From Heterodontus francisci (lineage: Eukaryota), in contig NC_090401.1 in NCBI RefSeq assembly GCF_036365525.1, positions 30,711,036 to 30,775,035 on the forward strand: a DNA stretch of 64,000 nucleotides, read 5' to 3'. Shown in pieces: positions 36,319 through 49,480 of the stretch. Within the stretch, counting starts at the first letter, position 1; each line of letters begins with the position of its first letter. The position numbers and the translations under genes are program-made. The notes beneath the pieces are model-generated. The model saw only the letters and a program-made list of their open reading frames with translations, made no database searches and had not been told where the DNA came from.

Positions 36319-36675
36319 CGGCACAGTGGCGCAGTGGTTAGCACTGCAGCCTCACAGCTCCAGCGACCCGGGTTCGATTCTGGGTACTGCCTGTGCGGAG
36401 TTTGCAAGTTCTCCCTGTGTCTGCGTGGGTTTCCTCCGGGTGCTCCGGTTTCCTCCCACATCCCAAAGACTTGCAGGTTGGTAGGTTAATTGGCCATTAT
36501 AAATTGCCCCTAGTATAGGTAGGTGGTAGGGAAATATATAGGGGCCGGTGGGGATGTTATTGGAATATGGGATTCGTGTAGGATTAGTATAAATGTTTGG
36601 TTGATGGTCGGCACAGACTCGGTGGGCCGGAGGGCCTGTTTCAGTGCTGTATCTCTAAACTAAACTAAACTAAAC
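36319..36675 (+). mobile_element. V-SINE (HE1-like), near full length
   Basis: A and B boxes, V-core, tail (CTAAA)n. Confidence 0.92.
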
Positions 36676-39600
36676 AAATGCCAGTCAGGTACTGGTCAAA
36701 TGCAGGTCAGCAACTGATGAGGTTGCTCAAATGCCAGGTTCCCAGGTTGTTTTACCAGTTGTCTTGGGGATGCTATTTTGTCTTACTTGAGTAAGTATTC
36801 ATTTGCAGGCAGCAAATTAATAAGCCACATCAGGATTCCTTTCAAAAGCACACCAACAATCAGACCAAAACCATATCATCAGGTTCATCCAAATGCTAGC
36901 AAACATAACTACATCATACTTGCAAAATGTACCCAAATCGGTCCAGAAAAGTCATCAAAACCACATCAACACTGAAGCCATGGGCTCGGCAAATTTTTAT
37001 TTGGTTCACTTTAAACTAGTGTTATTGTTTAAGTAATGTGTACAGTTTTGTACGAGCAGACCTTTTGTGACATTTCTCATTGTGACTTGAAGGATATGTC
37101 TAGCTTGAGGGCTAAAGGAAGTAAGATTGGCAGGTACAGAAAGTGCATGCTATATGCATGACTTTTAATGTATACAAAAATTAAAACATCTGAAATATTT
37201 TTTATTTAGCTTATTTTTTGCTCAGTTTTGTCTGCTGCCCCACAGTCCCTAGGAGGGCAGGTGAAATGGCCCCAGGTCTCTACTGGAAGCACTTTATCTA
37301 CAACATGCTGCCAGAAAATGTAACTCTCCTTTCAACCTTTCTTTCCTTTCCACTGAATAAGTGTCTTGCCGCCAACCGCCCGCCACCTCCTTTACATATC
37401 CAAGACTTGAGATTAGGAGTTTGGAACATGGGAAATGATAGATGCAAACCATATCCTGAGAATACCAATGCATACAACCAGCATGCCTCTCTACTCTAAT
37501 GTGTTTCACATAGTAATCCAAAAACCTTTCTGAAATAACTGCAACAAATCTTAAATATTCAAGAAGGGAAAATATGGCAGTAATTTACCTTTCAGATTGG
37601 ATGTCTGGACTGACATTCCCTTCTAGAATGATACTACAGAATTCATGTCACTAAGCTTTCTGTCCAAGGGATTCAAGTCCATTGGGAGCTGCTGAACTAT
37701 TCATTACATATGTGAGTTGTGATCCTTAACAGCCTTCAGAGAGAGAACATTATTATTCCCCTGTCTGTGCTTATTCATTCTCAAAAGAAAAGCCTTCAGA
37801 ATTGCAATTTTTGTGCATTGATCTCCTGTTCTCTCTGTCCTTGAACTATACATCTCCACATAAAAGTTTAACCAGAGAGTAGCATTGGGAATGGGTGCCT
37901 TTAACCCAGCATTGAGAGTTAAAGCATATCCTCTGATCCCATCAGTATCGTTGCCAAGTGAAAAGCTTTTAAATAATGTTGTGCTTCCAGCTTTTGTAAA
38001 GTGTAGTCATTATACTGAAGTTCCAATTGTTCTGTGTCTTTTGTAAACCGAGGAAGCTTGCCAGATATAGAAATAGAATTATTGCGCAGTATTGATCTGT
38101 GTGTCTGGCCCATAGTTATGTTTGTATTCCAATAAGTCAGGAGCTTCATCATTTAATCGCAAAATCATCGAACGTTACCAGTGATTACCTTTAATATAAT
38201 TCAGCAACTCCACCACAGTTCCATAGACAAATAAAAAGTAATGTCATTCTGCTATGTATTTATTAAATTGTTTTACAGGAGTTCCTATACCGACACATCC
38301 TATGAAACTACTGCACATTTATTGTACAACTATATTTGTCATCAACAACAATTGCTTTCATTATATAGTGTCTTTAATTCAGCGTAACATTACAAGGCTG
38401 ATATTTTTAATGAAGCAGCGAAAGTGTGAAAATGGCCCAGGGGGGGAGAGGTCATGATCAGCGGGGAAGAGGCCGAAGGCCTACTGGAGCCGACATCTCC
38501 TGTGCCCCTTTCACTGCCGGGTTGCCCAACCCCTGGGAAACCTATACACCAGCAGCGAATTTTAAATTGGGCTCCCAATTTTACTGTAGGATCCCAATTT
38601 AAATATGTTAAACACTTGGAAGCCCAGATTTCTACCACCATAAAAATGGCAGCTGATGTGCGCGCAGCATGGCGGGGACACCATCCACGTATTTAAGTCT
38701 TTAACCCTCCTGCCCAGCTTCAGTGAGTTAATATTGGGGCCACTGAGTTTGCTGAATGCACATGCATTAGGAACAATGGAGGGGAGTTTTTTTATATTCA
38801 GCTGTATTGAGCAGGTGGACTGTATTAGTGTCTAAGGTCATGTAAGGAGTGTCATTGCTGCAGAATTTCTTGAAGAAGAAAATCGCATGTATCGAATAAC
38901 TGGTCCCGATCCACCATGAGCTACACTTCTATGCTGCGTTCTTTGAATACCATCTATTGCCTTCACTGGCTGGACTTTGATTGTATCTTAACCCATGACA
39001 ATATTCAGTACAATGTTCAAGTAAATGCAAGCCATTTATTTCTACACATATGTTATGTCTTAAAGTTGACAGATTGCATTGGCACTGCGCTTATGCTTTG
39101 TTTCAGACATGTCATACCTAACCTACTAATCGTTATAAGTGGTTTGCTCCAGAACAGAGTGTGTGTTGGCTGCTTGCAGAGATTCACAGACAGTCTATTG
39201 GGATTGCAGTAGCTCTGCACATCTTTGCACTATAGGTGAATTTGCTATGCCTGGAACTGCCATGGCTGACTAGCATCTGTCTGCTTTAAGTCACCTCTTC
39301 CCATGCTCGTGCTTCTTGTGGAGAGGGTTGTAGACACTTATTTTAAAAATTGTGTGCCTCCTCGCCCTGACCGCTTGCAGAAGGGTTTTCAGTCCATGGT
39401 TGATAGAACTAGCTTTCCTTAACCTCTCATTCCAAACTCAGCAGCGGTTTTGCTCAATAAACATTTACCTTTTCAGTGCTATTTCAAGGCTCCTTAATTG
39501 CAGTGCATGGCTGACTTAAGACAATCCCTTTACATTGGCTAGCTCCCATGTGGCAAATGTACCTTATATTTTAGCACATTGCCTGAAAGCAGCAAAATTG

Positions 39601-41592
39601 TGTGTAAACCAGCAGGCTTTGTTACTCCCCAAAACGTCTGGTAATTAACAATTAATTCCTGCCAACAGCAATTTCTAGATTAATGGCCTGTAAATGATGG
39701 AATTATGCCATCATTGGATTGCTTAATGTGCTTTGATCAGATTCCTCCTTCCATTATTATTTTAATGGGGGTGTTAACCTGTTCATTTTGAATAGGTTAA
39801 AGTGACTATTTAAATAGCAAAAGTGAGGAATTTGTTACAAATATTTCAATTGATCATACAGTAACATTGCTTATAGTTAATTTATGGCTTCTTTTTTGTA
39901 TAAATGGTCCTTGCTTATGTCATCATCAGTGGAAAGTAGTTGGGAGGAGTGACTCTGTCCATCATGCTGAAGCTGGTGATTTAGATCAGTCGAGATCACC
40001 ATACCCTAGTGCTCCAACAACTTTGGCTTATGTTGGTTTACTTTTTTTCGGGCAGTTGGGTTCTGTTGCTCACTCTTCTGACACAATTCACTCACTGGTC
40101 TAAATAGCATTTAATGGTTAAATGAAATATATTAAAATGAACTGTTTAAATTGTTAAATTGGGCCAGAGAGGTTGCTTGGTACTGCCTTAAAAATTATCG
40201 CATCATTAAAAAGGTAGTCACACTATTAAATTCCAGCCCTAACTTTCTGCAGTGAGTTTAATGGGAAATTAATATGCAAATTCAGCAAGTTCTGAAAAAT
40301 AACTCATGCTGTATCTTATAATCTCCAGCACTTGCTAGCCAATTTGCATATTAATAATGCTGTTATTTCTCCCACAAAATCTAGGGAGGCCCTTTAGTTG
40401 AAAAAAAACAATGCCATACTTGCTGTAGATGCTGGCAAATCCTCGATATTACAATTCTACTGCCTGCCAGGGCATTTCAAAAATAACATTTAATGAAGAA
40501 GCATTTTGAATGTAAGCAGACTGTAACCTGGTTCTGCTCTCGCCACAGGGTGTTATACAGTAACAAATAAGCTCAATGTCGTGTCTCCGACCTCAGGAGC
40601 TAAGGAGGAAATTTGGATCAGGAGTGTTAGATACACCATTTAGAAGAAGCAAAACGTAACACAACAAAAAAGCAACTTAATGAAAGCAGCATTCTCATTT
40701 AAACTGAATAATGCATTTTAAAAGCTATGTACACAGAGCAAACCTTTAAAGGATTTATTTGTTATGCATTCACAGCAGTGAGTGCTAATCATTAGCCCAG
40801 ATTTCCTGCTTGACCTGGGGGAACAAGCAGGTTATGTTAAAAAAAAACATTTCAGGAGAGTACACAGCATAAAAAAAATCTGGTACCTGCCCATCAATCC
40901 CAGAGAGAGTAAACAATCTGTTCTACAAATCATTGGTCTTATTCACAATCCAATTGACCTTTTTCTTTCAGTTTTACAGCCTTGGCAGAGTTATCAAATG
41001 CAGTCACATGCATTTAAGTTGAAGCAATATGACTTTAAAAAAAATACCAGATAAACTATCTAAATGTCTTCAATTTCTGCCTGCAGCAAGGTCATTGTAA
41101 CCTTCATCTCAAGGCAAGAGATGAAGATTGAAATTGATGGACAAAATTTCAGTAGGCTCCCAGGAGAAGGAGGAGGCAGAAGGAAGGGAAGCAAGGAGGT
41201 AATGAGGAGTCTATATTCAGCCTGCTCTCTTAATGATGGAATGATTAGTGTTGATTAATGTTGTTGGAGATTGAAAACCTAGACTGAAGTAGGGAAAGGA
41301 AGGAAAGAGAAAATGTTCAGAAGAGGAGACAAACAACACATGGGAAGAACCGCTTTTTCTCTTTCGTACACATGTTTACAGTAAAAATCTCGCACCGTTG
41401 CTAAAATTGTGAAGTGTAATTCTGGAGTCGGGACCCCACCTAACTTCACAGTGAATCAAATTAAGACTGTCGCCTTCAGCGAGTCACTTGGATTTAGGCT
41501 GCATTGACAATATAACCGTAGTGGTGATGCATAATATAAGTTCCTTCTGATTCTAATGTAAAAATAATAGTTAAGTGCAATTTAAAGACAGA

Positions 41593-41795
41593 GGGGGTGA
41601 AATTTGTTGTGCCGCTACGCAGACTTACATTGATTCCCCGGGGGCAGACAATGTCTACCTACCCAGCTCATGTGTGTTTCTTCCTTGATATTGAAGAATG
41701 TCATGGGAGCTGCTCAGGTAGCAGCTCACAGGGCTGCCTGTCCCCAGGGAATTGACTTAAGTGTGCGTGGTGCTACGCGAACAAATTTCTCCCCC
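41593..41795. mobile_element. Short MITE (Harbinger-like)
   Basis: TIRs GGGGGTGAAATTTGTT / AACAAATTTCTCCCCC; 3-bp TSD AGA. Confidence 0.8.
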
Positions 41796-42609
41796 AGACA
41801 TTTTTGGACCGTTTCTGTGCTTTGGGTGTGTGGACGTGACTGGAATATAATGGAGATCTCAGGAAGAGATACTTGTTTTTATTTTTGGCATACCTGTGTA
41901 TTTGATATACGAAACAAGTGACCATGTTTTTCTTTTACAACCTTGATTTTTTTATTTGAGCACTGGGTAGCTTAGTTGATTGAGGACTGGACTGGGAACC
42001 AGAAGGCACGGAGTTTGATCCCAGCAACATTAAACCTGCCTTTCATCCTTCAGAAGTGACTGGAGTAGACTTTGACTTTGTGGGATAGTTTAAAATGGAA
42101 ATAATAAAAAAAAGATGTAAAATGGGCTTCAAATTCACCATCACTTGTTAAAAATCTAAGTTTTAGGACATGGGGTTAGAGCAGGAAGCTGCAGGGATTG
42201 CATGTGCAATGCTGATCTATCTGCTGTCTTTGGACCCCTGACTTTTGGCAATAGAAACAGAGATTAGATTGCCTTATGCTACCATCTTGTGGTGACAAGT
42301 CTCTATTTTAAGGTTTTATTTTAAAGTTACTTGTAATTTGGCAGTTTAGCCTTCCTATTGCTCTATGGTTTGTGCAGTATAAAAGAGGACACTTAACATT
42401 CATAATATTAACCAATGTGACAGTGGCAGATTATCTCCTGCACTCCACTTGTACAGCTCTTGACTCCTGGCCATTTAGTTGCAGGTTCAAGTATGGAGAT
42501 CATTCCCAATTCTACCTCCCACAGTTGGAACGACCATCATTTCTTGGCCTAGCTGATAGATGAACTTTGCAATATTGAGATGGTCCCTAAGCAGCAACGG
42601 CAGATCAAA

Positions 42610-42995
42610 ATTTAATTTAGTGCCTTCATGCCCTCAGGGCATCCTAAAGCACTTCACACAAATTAATTACGTTTGAAGTGCAATCATCTTTTGTTACGTA
42701 GGCAAACATGACGAGCCAATTTGGACAAACCTTAAATGAGGTAATGATCATGTGTTGATGGTGTGGACCAGGAGGACACCAGGCTTCTTGCTGTCCTTCT
42801 CTGAATTGTGCTTTGGGATATTTTGCGTCCAACTGAACAGGCCCCAGTTTAACATCTCATCTGAAAGATGGCACTTCCAATAGCGTGCACTCCTTCAGTC
42901 CTGCACTGAAGCGCCAGCCTAGATGCTGTGCCCAAATCCTCCAGTGGAGCTTGAACCCAGAGCCTTTGGCTCAGATATGTGCCACCACTAAGCCA
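42610..42995 (-). mobile_element. Deu-SINE-like (SacSINE1/AmnSINE-related) element
   Basis: gtttaacatctcatctgaaagatggcac...cagtcctgcactgaagcgccagcctag and reverse B box cttgaaccc match my recollection of this family. Confidence 0.65.
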
Positions 42996-44244
42996 AGTTT
43001 GTAAGATAGACCAGCTCCCCTCCTCACTTTATACGAGGATGAGGATCATCAAGTATAATATTACATCCACGTAGTTAAGAAGTATCTAAATTAGACAGAA
43101 TGGACCTATATTCTGGTAATTTGGTATTTGCTAAACCCCATTGGTCTAACTGGAAGGTGAGGCAGTGCTTGGAATTTGGGACTTAGAGAGAATACACTGC
43201 TTTTATGCCACCTTTAAGTTCCATCCTAAATTCCACAGGAAATGAGGGTGACGAGAAGATGCACCTATCTTAGCTAAGGTGCAATATGCAATCATGGATT
43301 TAGACCAGAATGACACAGTCTGAGCTGAATTTTCCTCTGAATTTTTGTCAATTTTGGGGCAAGCTTGAGGCTGAATTTTGTCCAGGCGGCAGAGGTAGGC
43401 TTAAAGGCGGGTGGGCCAGCAAATTCGTGCTGCAGCACGGCGTGCCAGTTGCCCAACGTGAAGCCATCTCTGTACCATTTAACCGGAGGCAACTTTTCTG
43501 GGAGTGTGGCCTCCTGTCCAATAATAGCAGGCAGGCACTTAAGATAGTTAAGGAAGCACTTGACAGGCAATTATGTGAGGCATTGAAACTTTACCAGAAG
43601 TGCACGGGCCCCGTGCTGTGTTGGCAACTCATCCAAGCAGATTAGGCGGATGCACAGCGGGAAGCCCTTGATTGAAGTGGCAGACATTGAGAATTTTGTA
43701 GAAAACGATTAAACAGTGAGTAGAAACTCTTGCACATCCACTAACCTGCCATTCTTGAAGCAGAGCTGAACCATTGTGATTGGTGACAGAGAGGGAGGGT
43801 CTTGAAGTAAGTTTTCATCACAAAGGTGCAAAGGAAGTTTGGCAGCTGAGGTCCTAGTGCCTGACACTGTCTCTGATAATGGAGGCCACCTACTCAGAGG
43901 TGGGCTGCAACAGTGGGGAGGAGCAGCAACCCCAGCAACAAAGGCAGTCACATGTTGCACATGGAAGCAGAGGCAGGAGGGGCCAGAAGGCAATACCCGT
44001 GGAATCAAGTGTAGCACCAGAGGATCAGCTTCCTGAGCATGTTGGAGCAGCAGTACCACTGACAGCTTCGCCTGTCTATGAGATGGTGGATGAGTTGTGT
44101 GTACTCCTGGAGGATGATCTAATACCTCAAAACTCAGGGGACACCCTATGCCAGTAGCTGTCAAGCTGACAGTGACCTTGAACTTTCTAGCCCTGAGCTC
44201 ATTTCAGGGGAATGGCAGCTGACCTATGTGGAACCTCACAATCT

Positions 44245-45190
44245 CTTTCCTAGTCCTACCTATGTTGTTGGTACCTATGTGGACCACGACAACTGGATCC
44301 TTTCCCTCCCACTCCAAAGTTCCTCTCTAGCCCAGAAGAGATGTTCTTAACCTTGGCACCAGGTAGGCAACACAGCCTTTGGGACTCCCTGTCTTTGCTG
44401 CAGAGAACAGTATCTATTCCCCTAACTATGCTATCCCCTATTACAACTACATTTCTCTTTCCTCCCCTCACTTGAATGGCGCTCTGAACCACGGTGCTGT
44501 GGTCAGTTGGCTCATTCTCCCTGCAATCTGTGCCCTTGTCCACACTGGGAGCAAGAACCTCGTACCTATTGGATAAGGGCACTGGCTGAGGCGCCTCCAA
44601 AGCTAAATTCTGGATCCCCATACCTGCCTCACTCGCAGTCACACCCTCCTGTCCCTGACCACGGCCCAGATTGGATGTAATTAATCTAAGGGGTGTGACC
44701 GTCTCCTGAAACATTGTGTCCATGTAACTCTCCCCTCCCTGATGTATCGCAGTGTCCGCAGCTTGGACTCCAGTTCATCAACTCTGAGCCAAAGTTCCTC
44801 GAGCACCCAACACTTGCTGCAGATGTGGTCACTGTGAATCGCACTGGCATCCACCAGCTCCCACATACTACAGCTGCAACACATTGCCTGCCCAGCCATC
44901 ACTGTTCTATTTAATTAATTAATTTGGATCTCAGTATTTAAGAAAAAAGAATTATTTAAGTGTAGTCTTAACCTGTAATGCCGTCTCCTGATTTAAATCA
45001 CTTGGTCGAAACAAAAAGAGACACGGAAGAAATACCCACCAATCACTTACCAGCTCTCCTGTGACGTCACACTTTGATTTTTGTTGGTCAAGCAGGTCCA
45101 CGGAACAGAGCGCGCTCACCGCCACTGCTTCTGATCTCGGGCCTCGGGTCTCAGCTCTTTTATCTCCCGGCTCCTCTCACCTGTTCCCAC
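44245..45190 (-). mobile_element. CR1 5' UTR and ORF1 (zinc finger, coiled coil, SGNH/GDSL esterase); 3' part missing
   Basis: ORF 44681-44902 CCSCSMWE...HICSKC...LRVDELE; ORF 44256-44723 LSNRYEVL and VVVIGDSIVRG...CLPGAKV. Confidence 0.88.
45062..45069. promoter_or_regulatory. Palindromic CRE (TGACGTCA) in the CR1 5' UTR
   Basis: GTGACGTCAC at 45061-45070 in a CpG-retaining 5' UTR. Confidence 0.45.
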
Positions 45191-46960
45191 TCTCACTGCC
45201 ACCATCTGGTTTGTACATGGTCCCCAAGGCTCTGTACCTCTGGTGGGTAAGCATGGCTGGAGCTGCCCTCCGTCCTCCGATGAGGGCTGCCCACAGTGGC
45301 CTCTGCCTCCATCACCTGCTCCTGGTCACATGTGTCATGCTGTTCACCTTGTGCCACCCAATCTAAAGTCGCCTGAGCCCCACCAAGGTGCATGTATCTG
45401 CACTAGTGGACCGTGTGATTGACGCCTGTGGCGGTGGTTCGTCAGCATGCAAGCCATCCTCTGAGGTTACCCTGGCCTCCACACTCGGCTGCTGCAATGC
45501 TCCAACATCAGCCCTGTGTAAGAGAGAAAACATCAGTTATTTGACCTCCTTTGTCTCAGCTGGTGCTTCAGCTGACATCTTTCAACACATCAAGTGCCAT
45601 CCGCTGGAAAGTAGAAGCTACTCCATCAACATACACGGTTCATCCAATAAACTATCACCCGCCCTCGGCCACGCAGCACTCTTGTCATCTCTGACAGCCT
45701 GTAGTGCTGCTATCCTTGCAATGTCCATCAGCGTCAGTATTGCCAGGTTGACCACTCTATCCCCTGAACGACTCCTCTCTTGTGGGCATTATGTGCTCGT
45801 TTCTCCTGCAATGTAAGGATGGAGAGTCAGCTATGCTCAACCTTCCCATTTGCACATCCTGATCCACTATCTGAAGTGATGCTCGTCTCACTGTCTTTGC
45901 CCAGTGCTTATATTACCTTCATGCCAACGTTGCACCAATTTGATCACTTCACTTGTGTGAGGGTTGGCAATGTACAATAATCTTCTCAGTGTACCTATTC
46001 ACTGTTGGCCTTGAGGCCCTCCTATTCTGAGGTGTGACCTCCAGCCATGCCTCCTTTGTTTGCCTGGCAGGCTGCCTACTGCCCTCAGGAAACAAAATGT
46101 GGCCCCTGGCTCATTCCAGCTCTATCATCACCTCCAGGGAGACATCGGAGAACCTTGGGGCCATCCTGCCACAGCTGGATGTACTGCCCGCTTAGTGCTG
46201 CTCCTCTCTGCCTGCAAAAACTTTTAAGACAGACAGACGCCCTTTAAATGGGGCCTGCCACTTCCAGGTCCTGCCTCCTACTCGCACCCGCCTTCCTCCA
46301 TTGAACAGGTATCATGGAGGCGATCCACCAGTGGGTCATCTCCCACAAAATACTGCTGTTGCGCACTCCGACTTCCAGCAGGATCGGACCCGGAAATGGT
46401 CCCGACATCGGGATGCCACTGAGATCGGAAAAATCCAGCCCTTGGAGCATAAAACAGAATAAAATGGGTTCTCAATATTCTTAAAGGCTACCATCTCAAA
46501 GCTGATGCTAAGAACTGCACGAGGATTCCCCTCCCCGCAAATTGCCTGTGCTCTTCAAGGCCCACTGATAGCCTGATCCACCACATGTAAATGTGGTCAA
46601 GTAGGTGTTGCTAATCCCTCTGACATATTTCTCCCACTTCTACCCCAAATAATTATTTAGCTCTATCAATGGCAGTAGAAGCTGCAGGAATGTAGTCTGA
46701 AGGTGATGCCACAGTGAAGAGGCCATTTTCTGGGTTGCTACTCAAGATTGTTGTAACTTTGCCTGCATATTGATCTCCTCATTGCTTTGAAGAGCCAGTC
46801 AGGAGTTTTGTTATGAATTCTATTTGTCTCTGCTCAAAATAATGTTTTGGATTGTGAACATGGATTTCCCAAATGGAATCCCTCGATTATTATTCTATGA
46901 AGATGAAGATGAGGACATGGAAGAGGCTAGAGGAAAGGCTCTTAGAATATAACAGCAGAG

Positions 46961-47217
46961 AAGGGTATTGCTTGTGCGGAGTTTGCAAGTTCTCCCTGTT
47001 TCTGCGTGGGTTTTCGCTGGGTGCTCCGGTTTCCTCCCACATCCAAAGACTTGCAGGTGATAGGTAAATTGGCCATTGTAAATTGCCCCTAGTGTAGGGA
47101 GGTGATAGGAAATATGGGATTACTGTAGGGTTAGTATAAAATGGGTGGTTGTTGGTCGGCACAGACTCGGTGGGCCGAAGGGCCTGTTTCAGTGCCGTAT
47201 CTCCAAATAAAAAAAAA
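46961..47217 (+). mobile_element. V-SINE (HE1-like), 5'-truncated
   Basis: V-core and tail, ending in an A-run. Confidence 0.88.
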
Positions 47218-47709
47218 GGTGCCTGTTTCCTGTGTGTTTATGCCCACTCAACACGGTGTACAGTCTAAGGTGTTCCCTTAACTTTTCTGACCATCAGCGA
47301 CTTAAGAGGCTGTGTTTCACTTTGAAAACTATTGGGGTAATATGTCATCTGCTGGTTGAAGACCTGCTGCCCAACTCCACCAGGAAAACAACATGCCAGT
47401 AGCAGTCAAGGTATCACAGTCTTAAATTTTTTGGAACTGGATCTTTCCAGGCAGCATCAGATGATCACTGTTACACTAGTCAGGCTACTGCATCGACAAG
47501 GTCATGGTGCTCTATCTAGGAGAGCTGCACAATTCATATCCTTCCCATTAGAACCATACAAACAAAGAGGGAAAGTTATTTAGTTGACAAACTAGCAGGG
47601 TCCCCACAGGTGGCCCCATAGAGAGGAAACTGGAATCTTGTACATTGCCTTCAATGGGGCCCAGCCACATACGCTGAATTGCATTGCCAATGAGTTCCAG
47701 TTCAAAATC

Positions 47710-49160
47710 TTTTTTTTTATTTGTTCCTGGGATATGGTGTCACTGGCTAGGCCAGCATTGATTGCCAATCCCTAATTACCCTTGAGAAGGTGGTGGCGAG
47801 CTGCCTTCTAAAACCACTGCAGTCCATGGTGGGTAGGTACACCTGCAGTGCTGTTGGGAAGGGAGTTCCAGGTTTTTGACCCAGCGACAGTGATGTAGTT
47901 CCAAGTCAGGATGCTGCATGGCTTGGAGGAGAACTTTCAGGTAATGGTGTTCCCATGCATCTGCTACCCTTGTCCTCCAGGTGGTAAGGTCATGGGTTTT
48001 GAGAATGTGCCTAAGGATCCTTGGTGTGTTGCTGCAGTGCATCTTGTAGATGGTACACAATGCTGCCACTGTGCGTCAGTGGTGGAGTGAGTGTATGTTG
48101 TGGATGGGATACCAATCAAGGGGGCTGCTTTGCCCTGGATGATGTTGAGCTTCTTGAGTGTTGTTGGAGCCGCACCCATCCAGACAAGTGGAGAATATTT
48201 CATCACACTCCTGACTTGTGCCTTGTAGATGGTGGACAGGCTTTGGGGAGTCAGGAGGTGAGTTACTCGCTGCAGGGTTCCTAGCCTCTGACCTGCTCTT
48301 GTAGCCATGGTATTTATATGGCTATTCCAGTTCAGTTTCTGGTCAATGGTAACCCCCCAGCTTGTTGATAGTGGGGGATTCAGTGATTGTAATGCCATTG
48401 AATGTCAAGGGGAGATGGTTAAATTCCCTCTTGTTTGAGATTGTCATTGCCTGGCACTTGTGTGGCACGAATGTTAGTTACCATATATCAGCCCAGTATC
48501 TGAGGAGTTGCGAATGATGCTGAACATTGTGCAATCATCAGCAGACATCCCTACCTCTGACCTTATGATTGAAGGAAGGTCATTGATGAAGCAGCTGAAG
48601 ATGGTTGGGCTTAGGACACTACCCTGAGGAATTCCTGCAGTGATGTCCTGGAGCCGAGATGTTTGACCTCCAACAACCACAGCCATCTTCGTTTGCGCTA
48701 GGTACGACTCCAACCAGCGGTGAGTTTTCCCCCAATTCCCATTGACTCCTGTTTTGCTAGGGCTTCTTGATGCCATACTCGGTCAAATGCTGCCTTGATG
48801 TCAAGGGCAGTCACTCACCTCTTTTGTCCATGTTTGAACCAAGGCTGTAATGAGGTCAGGAGCTGAGTGGCCCTGGCAGAACCCAAACTGAGTGTCACTG
48901 GGCAGGTTATTGCTAAGCAAGTGCCGCTTGATGGCACTGTCAACGACACCTTCCATCACTTTACTGATGATTGAGAGTAGACTGATGGGGCAATAATTGG
49001 CCTGGTTGGACTTGTCCTGCTTTTTGTGTACAGGACATACCTGGGCAATTTTCCACATTGCCGGGTAAATGTTGTAGCTGTACTGGAACAGCTTAGCAAG
49101 GGGGCGTCTAGTTCAGGAGCACAAGTCTTCAGTACTATTGCCGGAATTTTGTCAGGGCCC
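47710..49160 (-). mobile_element. CR1/L2-group LINE RT and 3' end (second family)
   Basis: ORFs with YCPISLLSIISKVME, GIPQGSVLSP..SADD and YKAQVRSVMKY. Confidence 0.92.
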
Positions 49161-49299
49161 ATACATTATAGTCAAATGACATTTAGAAAACAAGTCTTTG
49201 TAATTTTCATCAATTAATGAATTGATGCTAGACTTTTTGAAGTTTATTGAACAGATGGAATCATGAGGTAGTTTAATTAACCCTACATAAAATAAACAC

Positions 49300-49480
49300 A
49301 ATAAAAACAGAAAGTGCTGGAAATACTCAGCAGGTCACGCAGCATCAGATGATGAAAGGTCACAGACCTGAAACATTAACTCTGTTTCTCTCTCCACAGA
49401 TGCTGCCTGACCTCCTGAGTATTTCCAGCACGTTCTGTTTTTATTTCAGATTTCCAGCATCTGCAGTAATTTGCTTTTAT
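49300..49480. mobile_element. Fold-back Penelope pLTR mini-element with a damaged hammerhead
   Basis: Inverted arms aataaaaacagaaagtgctggaaatactcag...gcagcatc / gatgctgc...ctgagtatttccagcacgttctgtttttatt around TGATGAAAGGTCACAGACCTGAAAC. Confidence 0.75.

Larger units (their letters stand above)
43368..46441. mobile_element. Harbinger transposon derivative carrying a nested CR1 5' end
   Basis: TIRs AGGCTGAATTTT / AAAATCCAGCCC with perfect TSD TTG; plus-strand transposase N-terminus near 44000-44245 (HQRISFLSM, PVAVKLTVTLNFLALSSFQG). Confidence 0.85.

Noticed and set aside
36319-36390. tRNA gene (also at 33796 and 53848)
   Set aside because: The A and B boxes are heads of V-SINEs and continue directly into the V-core and LINE-derived tail.
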